A DNA stretch of 64,000 nt from Octopus sinensis (Eukaryota): assembly GCF_006345805.1 (NCBI RefSeq), contig NW_021832532.1, positions 1 to 64,000 on the forward strand, given 5' to 3'. Numbering within the stretch: the first letter of the stretch is position 1; every line of letters starts with the position of its first letter. The notes under the pieces were generated by a model, which searched no databases, was not told where the DNA came from, and saw nothing but the letters and a program-made list of their open reading frames with translations. This document shows, in pieces, positions 55,819 through 64,000 of this stretch. The position numbers and the translations under genes were made by a program.

Positions 55819-56189
55819 CGTGACGTATATTTGCCATCTCAATATGGCTACCCCTAAGGGTGGATGCTACTGTAGTTTTTAGCCCCAGGAGGACACACTC
55901 CTCCAGCTGGCCATAGACACACTTTCTGTGTCCTGTCAGTATTTGCAAAGGGAAGTCATCCTTCCCGTCTTCAACTTATGATACACACGGACTCGAGTTT
56001 CGAGGTATTGACCTCTCGTCAGCGTGTGACAATCATAGTTGTCGGCGAGAATTAGATTTCCTTCACAAATACTTATACTTTTTCCAGCGTCCACTGTCGC
56101 TGATATTGAAAAAGTGAAATCAAACAATGATAAATATCAAAGTGAGTTATATACAGTAGCGGTAACACATCGTGACGTATATTTGCCAT
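55817..56189 (-). mobile_element. Retrozyme-like unit (352-bp period, terminal redundancy)
   Basis: 21-bp direct repeat atcgtgacgtatatttgccat at 55817 and 56169, flanked by (TA)n; contains the hammerhead; no credible ORF. Confidence 0.65.
55984..56028 (-). ncRNA. Type I hammerhead ribozyme, intact consensus
   Basis: 5'-cacacg CUGACGA gaggu(caau)accuc GAAA cucgag UC cgugug-3': stems I and II perfect, palindromic stem III, GUC cleavage triplet (cut between 55990 and 55989). Confidence 0.92.
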
Positions 56190-56799
56190 ATATATATATA
56201 TATATGTAACATCAATGGAAATTGCGGCTGTGATACCAGTGCCGGTGACAAGTAAGCGAACCATCCGATTGTGGCCGTTGCCAGCGCCGCCCCGACTGGC
56301 CTCCGTGCCGGTGGCACGTAAAAGTACCATCCGTTCATGGCCGTTTGCCAGCACCGTCTGGCGCCTGTGCGGGTGGCACGTAAAAAGCACCCACTACACT
56401 CGCGGAGTGGTTGGCGTTAGGAAGGGCATCTAGCCATAGAAACACTGCCAGATCAGACTGGGCCTGATGCAGCCTTCTGGCTTCACAGACCCCAGTTGAA
56501 CCGTCCAACCCATGCTAGCATGGAAAACGGACGCTAAATGATGATGATGATGATGATGATATATGTATTAGAAGGTTTGGAGATGATGTACTGGTATTTT
56601 ATATTACAAGAAATGAGGTACTCAGAAATTCGGATGGTTTTATATTTACAGATATTTATTTGTATATTACATGTTTTTATACATCATATATCATGTATTA
56701 GCACTTTCGTCCATTCTAGTGGAGTTGGCAAATTGAACTAAGTTCTTGCAGAAAATTTGACTCTTTTTATAGTGTTATTGAGTGTGTAGTGGTGGGGAG

Positions 56800-57065
56800 A
56801 TATATAAGATAGTACAAGAGGGTGATGAATGGGGAGAAAGTGAGAGAGAGACCATGTGTGTGTGTGTGTGTGTTTTTGTATCTGAAAGTTGTGTTAAAGA
56901 GAAAGAAGGAAAACAAGAAAAGGGAGAGAAATAAGAAAAAAATTTTTGTTGATCTCTTTGTAGCTGGTCAGGCTGTTTACTCCAAGGGGGGACCAAAATG
57001 TCACTTTTCAAAAACTTGTCTGGATTTCTTTTTTATCATTGTCTTGTGAGAGAGTGTGTGTGTGT

Positions 57066-57097
<32 letters not shown>

Positions 57098-57605
57098 TTG
57101 TATCTGAAAAGGGTATTAAATAAAAAGAAGAAAAGGAGGAAGGAGAGAAAATTTGTTGATATCTTTGCAGTTGGTAGGTTTGTCAATAATAATTCTTGGC
57201 TTCTAGGGATTGTAAATCCAGGTGTTTACTACAAGGGGGGCAAAATGTCACTTTTCAATAAATTGTTTGTATTTCCTTTTTATGTGTCTGAAAGAAGTGT
57301 TAAGGTGGTATGGTCAAGTTGTCCATAACAATCAGTCCTTGGCTTTTAACAATGGTCAATCAGCTGGGGAGCCAAAATGTCACTTTTCAATAAATTGTTT
57401 GTATTTCCTTTTTATCATTGTCTTGTGAGAGAGTGTGTGTGTGGGTGTCTGGGTATCTGAAAGGAGTGTTAAATGGAAAAAAAGTGTTTATATTTTTGAA
57501 ACTAAATGATTTTTGCCTTTTAGAAATTGGCCACTTCAAGTGGGGTAAAATGTCACTTCTCAAAAAATTGTCTGGACTTGTTTTTATTATTGTTTTATGA
57601 GTGTG

Positions 57606-57654
<49 letters not shown>

Positions 57655-57780
57655 GTGGTGTGTGTGTGTGTGTGCGTGTGTGTGTAGGTGCCTGTGAATC
57701 TGGAAGGGGTGTCGATGGAGAAGGGAAGAAAGAGGAAAAAGGGGAAGAAGAAATAATTGTGTTGATATTTATACCACTAT
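56800..57780. repeat. Degenerate tandem array with (TG)n cores
   Basis: aaaatgtcactt(t/c)tcaa recurs at about 56995, 57242, 57374 and 57547; three of the four are followed by ttttat.attgt.tt.tgag + (TG)n. Confidence 0.8.
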
Positions 57781-57899
57781 TCAGTTCTTTCAATCCAATG
57801 TTTCATTCCTGTGTTTACATGAGATGTAGAATCTGGATTAAAGATTGTTTTTATTTATGTATATGTACATATGTGTAGTGCTGTGTGTGTGTGTGTTTA

Positions 57900-58231
57900 A
57901 TAAAATTTACTTTACAAATTTGGTCCTTCATCTAGTACAACTTATTATAGAAATATTTTCAGCCATTCAATTTGGGGGAGAACTTAGTTATGAAGTATTT
58001 TTCCATATTCCTCCTGAAGGAGGTGTCATTCTTTGGACATTTGTAGAAGAGAAAGATCTTAAATTTTCCTTCTCCACATGAATCTAGGTGTTTACTCTGT
58101 GGTATCTTGCGCAGTTCCTCCTGTCATACATGTTGTTAGTGAATTCTGGTTCGTTGGCATAAAGAATTTCCAGTTTCACCTATATAATCCTCCTTTCATG
58201 TGGGGGGCAGGTTATGCAGTATATTACATTC

Positions 58232-58232
<1 letters not shown>
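57900..58232 (-). mobile_element. Penelope-like GIY-YIG fragment
   Basis: NVIYCITCP...YIGETG...SKHLDSCGEGKFKIFLFYK across a frameshift. Confidence 0.7.
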
Positions 58233-58276
<44 letters not shown>

Positions 58277-58368
58277 TATATATATGTATATATATACATA
58301 TATATATATATATACATAATATATACATATATATATATACATATATATATATACATATATATACATAA

Positions 58369-58405
<37 letters not shown>

Positions 58406-58413
58406 ATATAATA

Positions 58414-58479
<66 letters not shown>

Positions 58480-58494
58480 ATGTATAGATATAAT

Positions 58495-59345
58495 GTATAT
58501 CTCAGTCACAGCAAATTAGAGACCCAGATGTTTGCCAGATACCTCTGAGTAACCATTTATCAACATGTGGTCAGAAAATATTTGTAATACTTCAATTCTA
58601 CAAACTATACAGTCCAATTGAAATTGAGAGAAAAATCAGAGAAAAGAACTTTATTAATAAATTCCAACCCAAACTAAATAAAAAATAATACTAATACTTA
58701 GAGGTACTATTTCTACTGCTACGATCACTACCACTAACAACAACAACAACAATACTAAAGATGCTCACGATGACAATAGTTGGAAAATACCAGTCAAGTT
58801 AAGAGAAAAGTCATTAAAAATAATCTTATTTTGGGTTTTAAAGTTCTATTACCACAGCTTCTTCTACCATCACCACTACCACCACCACCACCACAATCAA
58901 CAACAACAACAACAACAATGACAATAATAATAAAGGAGATGATAACGATGATGATGATGATTGAAATGTAAAAATCCCATGGAAATGTTGTTTACAACAT
59001 TTCTAGAAAGAGCTTTACAATTACTGCCTTGGTCAGGGTCAAAATACAGGTCTCTTGACATGTTCAACAAACCGTGACACCTAAACCAAACACCAATCAA
59101 CACCAAATTTAGTAAAATCACACACTGATTGGACAGAATATATTTTGAAGAAAATGACATTCTGGAGTCTATACAAATGTATTTAAGGCACAGGGTTTAG
59201 CCATTTGACTGCAGTTGTAAATTGTAAAATGTAACTGTCACCACTACTACATGAACCTGAAGATTGCATAGGTTAATGCATGAAAGTACTAGTTCAATCA
59301 GAATCGACATTTAATATTCTATTATTTCATTATATTATCTTATAT
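58495..59345 (+). mobile_element. Penelope-like element 3' end (GIY-YIG C-terminus, UTR, hammerhead)
   Basis: QQIRDP...LSNHLSTCG...FYKL...RKIREKNFINKFQPKLN; hammerhead at 59252-59296. Confidence 0.72.
59252..59296 (+). ncRNA. Minimal type I hammerhead ribozyme motif
   Basis: ugaac CUGAAGA u-ugcau(agguua)augca-u GAAA guac UA guuca; U.U instead of G-C at the base of stem II. Confidence 0.72.
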
Positions 59346-59350
59346 TATAT

Positions 59351-60442
59351 TGTTATGGTTCAACTTAAGGACAGAGCTGGCGACCTACTTTGCTGGCTTG
59401 GAGACTGAAAGTCTACAATACAAAGTTAAAGTCCTTTGTTTTAGAAAGAGTAATGAGCTTTTAGGGGACCTTTGGCCTTGTGCCGGTCAGGGAGAGTTCG
59501 CTGTAAACACCCCTTAAAAGGGAGGAAGTTTGAGCTGTAAAGGCAGTCGGCATTTGGGATTCAAGGCAAGCATTTGGCAGTTTGGATTTAGCAGTTGGCA
59601 GTTCTGCTGGTGACAGTGTACTGAGAGATGACAGGAAGACAGTCATGAGAGAGTGAACAGTTGAGATTGTACAGCGAGTTAGTAATGGTTTGTTCTGCTG
59701 TGACAGAGAGAGATATACAGAGGATTAGGCAGCTGATAGAGAGGGACTACAATGTGAGGCATTGGCTGATGTAACAGTATGTGTTAATTGTATGTTTTGA
59801 TATGTGAAGAAAAAGAAGGAAAAAGAATCGATGTATTGAAATGTAAAAGAAATGAACATTGTTTATCTTGTTGATGTGTTATAAAGGCTGGAAAAGAAAT
59901 GAGACAGTAAAAAGAACAATGTGAATTGTATTGATATGTGTTACAGAACTGTTAAAGAAAGAGAGAGACTCTGTTGTAGTCTTTAATGAACATTGAACTG
60001 TATATGTTAATGTGAAGTGTACGTTAATTGAACATTGATTTGTAACGTGAACTTATTTGTCTATGAACATTGTATATGCCTTTAATGTGATTTGAAACAG
60101 AACTGTTGTCTCCGGACTGTATATTGCATCTGCATGCTGTTGATTCTGTTGCTTGTACTTCTTTGATGTACCTGATATGTATCTTGATGTATTTTATGGA
60201 ACAATTATAAACTGTCGTTAAATGTAAGCCGATTGCCTTGCCCTCTTTGTGTTGCCTCTGTGTCTCTTCCTGCTGCTGCTGTTGTTGTTGTTGTCTCTCT
60301 CCTCTCTGAGTTCCGTGGCGAACTTTCGCCGATCGGGCGAGCCTGGTCAATTGTCGTCGCTCGACTTGTTGGGATCTCGGGTTCGAGTGATACGAGCGAC
60401 GGCAGGTGGGATTCCGTAGCAGCTTTTGGAGGTCCCGTAACA
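59351..60442. mobile_element. Solo LTR (Gypsy-like)
   Basis: Termini TGTTATGG...CCGTAACA; 4-bp TSD ATAT at 59347-50 and 60443-46; no coding remnants recognised. Confidence 0.8.
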
Positions 60443-61679
60443 ATATTATTATAAGATTGTAAACAAAATGTGAAAATCAGACAAGGTTGGAATTTCTTTG
60501 AGTAACATATATATATCTCAGTTCAACATCAAGATCATATGTTAGATTATTTCATCTGTAATATACTGTCATCCTGTCAAAGGAAAAATTTATTTCTTGT
60601 TTGCTAATACCATAAAATCTGAAGCTAGAAATTATTATTAAAGTTAGATGTAGCTTATTGCTAGTTCAGTCATGTAGAAGTAATATACCCATACATAAAA
60701 GGGAAAATAAAATACTAAATATCAAACCAGTTGCACAATAGAAAAGTATCAAATGAGGCATGGTAGTTGAATATTTTTCATCTAAATCTGTCACATGCAT
60801 AACTTGTTTTTTTTAATGTCAACTGAAATGAAGGTCGTTGAAAATCAGTCATAATAATATTCGAAACAAAAGGCTTTAAATGTCTATGAGTTGTACTAGA
60901 ATCAATAGCACAATAAACTGAAACCTTCAAAAATGACTAAAGCAGAACGAAAATACTCAGTGTACACATTGTGATCTTGGCTCAGTGTAATTCAGAAAAC
61001 ATTATTTTTTGGTAATTTAAGAAATGACTAATAAAAATGCAGTTAGCCAAAATACATGCTAATGTTTTAATGTTTTTGATTCATAGTAGTCAAAATAGTT
61101 TATAATCTTTAATCAATTAGAGAAGCACAGTGACTGTGCTGTGGGGTTAACATCCTGGACTAATGACTGCTTGTATATGATTTCAAAGTCTTCCTACTGG
61201 AACAATTTTCTTATTTCCTTAAACATTTGCTTGTCCTATGAATCACATGACAAACACAGGACATATTTTCCTATAGCCCATACATCATATTTTATACATA
61301 TCCCCAATTTTTTCATTCACTAGAGTAGCTTGGGACTTTGGAAAAGAAAGTTTTATATTACTCAGAATATATGAAGCAAAGATTAACTAAAAGTCTGAAA
61401 ACATTCGTAGACATTTAGGACAAACTATACAAATGCTTTTGACAGGTAAAGGGTTAAGCAAGACACAAAGTGTGTCTTGTTCCAGTTTGCTTGACTGGTA
61501 AAATCATTCTAGTAAGGGCATCCAGTTACAAAAAGAAATGTTTTCAATAAATGCCATCTTATCTTTTCTAGTATGCAAAAATTGATTATAAAACAGTAAA
61601 AATGAAAGAAAAACAAAATGCTGAGTATACCATAAATTAAATGCTATCATTTTTACTCATAGTAAATTTTCTTTTTCAG

Positions 61680-61852
61680 GCACTCTTGTTGCAACTGTTG
61701 AAGTGACTGGAAGCAATTTCCCTAAATTAACTTTAGTGGGAGATATACTGAACTATTTAAAAGTAGTAGATAATCTTTCTTGTACTAATACTGCATCATG
61801 TAACAAGTTTGATTTGGTTACCATAAAAGAAATTGACAGAGAAAAAGTTCCG
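61680..61852 (+). CDS. Cadherin gene 2 exon: GTLVATVEVTGSNFPKLTLVGDILNYLKVVDNLSCTNTASCNKFDLVTIKEIDREKVP
   Basis: TTTTTCAG acceptor, G|GTATGT donor, phase 1-0; IDRE calcium-binding motif. Confidence 0.85.
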
Positions 61853-63075
61853 GTATGTACAAAACTTCTTGAAATAATTTCCACATGCTGACATTAATAA
61901 ATAATGAAAATGAAATAAAATGAATAAAAAACAAAACAGCATTGTTGATAAGGGCATTTTCATTTATCTTATTTATAAAACTTGTAGTCACTCAGTTGAA
62001 AATGGGATGAGACATAAAATGATAAAAAGTTCATTGGTTAATTGAGAATATAGGCCCATTTGAGAGCACACTGTCTGAGAGTGGTGGTAGACTAAAGTAA
62101 ACACAGAAGGTTTTGCACTGGTGACTATAAATGAGATGGGGAGGAAAGAGAATTTTGTACAAAATTTAGTCATGTCGACTGAAAAGTGTCAGATATGAGA
62201 ATTCTTGGACATTAGTATAGATTTTCTTGATAACAAATGAGAAATCTCAGGTGCAATTTCGAAAGTGGAATATCTTGCAGATTGTATGAAGTCACAAGTG
62301 AAAATCAAGTGTGAAGATTTCAGCTTTCCCTTGAATTGAGTTACAGTTTGAATAATTGCAGCAACAGCCTGGACCTTGCTAAAAGCATCTAAATATCTAG
62401 AAACTGGTTTAAAATCGAGCAACATGTTATGTTTACTATTTCAAAGGTAGACTGTGTGTTTATCATGATACCAGTGATAGAGGGATAATTACCAGTTGAG
62501 CATTTGGGTTGATGTAATCGGTTAGCCACCTTTCCCCTACAATTTCAGGGCTTGTGTCTACAGTAGAAAGAATTATGTATGATACTGGTATATGCATTAT
62601 TTCTTTGTGACTTTTATTGAGAATTTTGATTATATTTACAGAGGAGTTTTCATTTGTTTTACCCTTACTAAAGTATTGTTTGATAATTGCAAAAAGTATG
62701 GTAGGAAGATGAATAAAGTTAATGTTTTGTTGGAATATTTGAAAATGTGAGGTTGAGGAGATAAAAACAAGCAGAGAAGGAGTGCTTAAAGGAAGCATAT
62801 CTGAAAAGGAAGGATTTCAAAATCTATTTTGTTTGAAGTATAGGGTAGGTTAAGTTGGATGAGGTACTTTTAGCCAACTTGGTAAGAATCAGAGACAGTG
62901 TGATATTATTAACAATGACAGAGAGAATACAACTTGATAATTGGGAGAAGAGTATTGTTGAATTAAGGTTTTGCTTATATTTTGCCTGTATCAGATATAT
63001 GTACTATTATTTATGTATTTATAATAAAACATTAATTTCTTGAATAAGAACATAATTCTTTGTATTATTTTGCAG

Positions 63076-63108
63076 ATCTCATATATTACATTTATTCCTA
63101 AGTTCACG
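63076..63108 (+). CDS. Cadherin gene 2 micro-exon: ISYITFIPKFT
   Basis: TTTTGCAG acceptor, G|GTAAGA donor, phase 0-0; beta-strand pattern expected after DRE. Confidence 0.7.
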
Positions 63109-63209
63109 GTAAGAATATATACTTCTAATACATAACTTTTTATGATTGGCTTAGTTGACACATAAATTGAAAGCTGAATTCCTTATATTTAATTCCAAAT
63201 GTATGTATA

Positions 63210-63504
63210 TCTTTATATACAAAAGTGAAGTTGTGTGAGTGTCTGTCTCCTGCGATTTAGATTCCTAACTACTCCCACATTTTGCGATGCAGTTTAACCA
63301 AAAGTGGGTGTCTTATAGTCGTGATTCATGTCGAGACCTTCTGGGTATTAGCGCGCGTCTACGCTGAGTCTACGATTTAAAAAAAAATTACCATCATTTT
63401 TCCCATTTTTAATGCCTTTTTTTGCTATTATATAAGGGAAGTAACTCTCTAAAAATGCTTATATTTCCCTTACAAACCCGAGCAACGCCGGGCGATACTG
63501 CTAG
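63210..63504 (+). mobile_element. Non-autonomous Helitron
   Basis: A|TC start, 3' hairpin cccg(agcaacgc)cggg at 63477-92, CTAG|T end, no TSD. Confidence 0.8.
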
Positions 63505-64000
63505 TCTTTAATATAATCAGAAAATAATGGGAGAATATGTGATTGTAACTTCATTTAAATTGAAAGAAACTCAATTAGGAATCTGGTCTCATATTTTCTC
63601 CTTTAAAATTTTAGAAACCTTAAGTTATTTGAAAACTATCATAAATGTATCAGCAGAAAAACCACCTAGTGAGCAGTTTTCTGCTAGCCATTATGATAAT
63701 GATATGCTTTTCGTTTGTGTGTTCATTCATTTTTATAACTGTTTTTCCATGCTGGTGTGCATAAGGTAAACTGGTTATTGAAGCAATATCTTTTCGCTGA
63801 ATGTTTTGCCTGATTCTAATTCTTACACATTTTTCAAAGAATCTCATATTTCACATGACTTTGAAGGCATGAAGCGAATAGAGAAATGCCAACAAGAATA
63901 CTGCTTGGATGTTGTGACTTTCAGTTAAGCAAGTGCAGATGTAAATAAACTGAGACACACACACACACACACACACACACATGTGCATGCATGTATACAC

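Noticed and set aside
60024-60443. 139-aa polyQ-containing ORF
   Set aside because: Lies wholly within the solo LTR; polyQ comes from a (CAA/CAG)n repeat; no recognisable domain.

Overview
AT-rich, repeat-dense animal genomic DNA. The SINE, RTE-LINE and microsatellite landscape suggests a coleoid cephalopod, probably Octopus (inference). Two multi-exon cadherin genes lie in tandem on the + strand. The ORF track misses most of their small exons, so I assembled them by hand from splice sites and frame continuity. Gene 1 is the 3' end of a CDHR2/Cad87A-like cadherin (7 exons, 1353-27549: membrane-proximal region, TM helix, tail with PGTN...NPLY and C-terminal -TEV). Gene 2 is the 5' end of a second cadherin (about 44976/52038 to beyond 63108: signal peptide plus first cadherin repeat). 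The rest is mostly transposable-element debris: mariner/Tc1 elements with TIRs, RTE-type LINEs (one family has a PHD finger inside the RT), Dong/R4-like LINEs, Penelope-like elements, Helitron-like elements, a solo LTR, tRNA-SINEs and long (TA)n/(TACA)n tracts. The most striking non-coding signal is a set of minimal type I hammerhead ribozymes. One is a fully consensus, perfectly paired copy (55984-56028, minus strand) inside a 352-bp terminally redundant unit that looks like a non-LTR retrozyme monomer. TE boundaries without a TSD or TIR are approximate.
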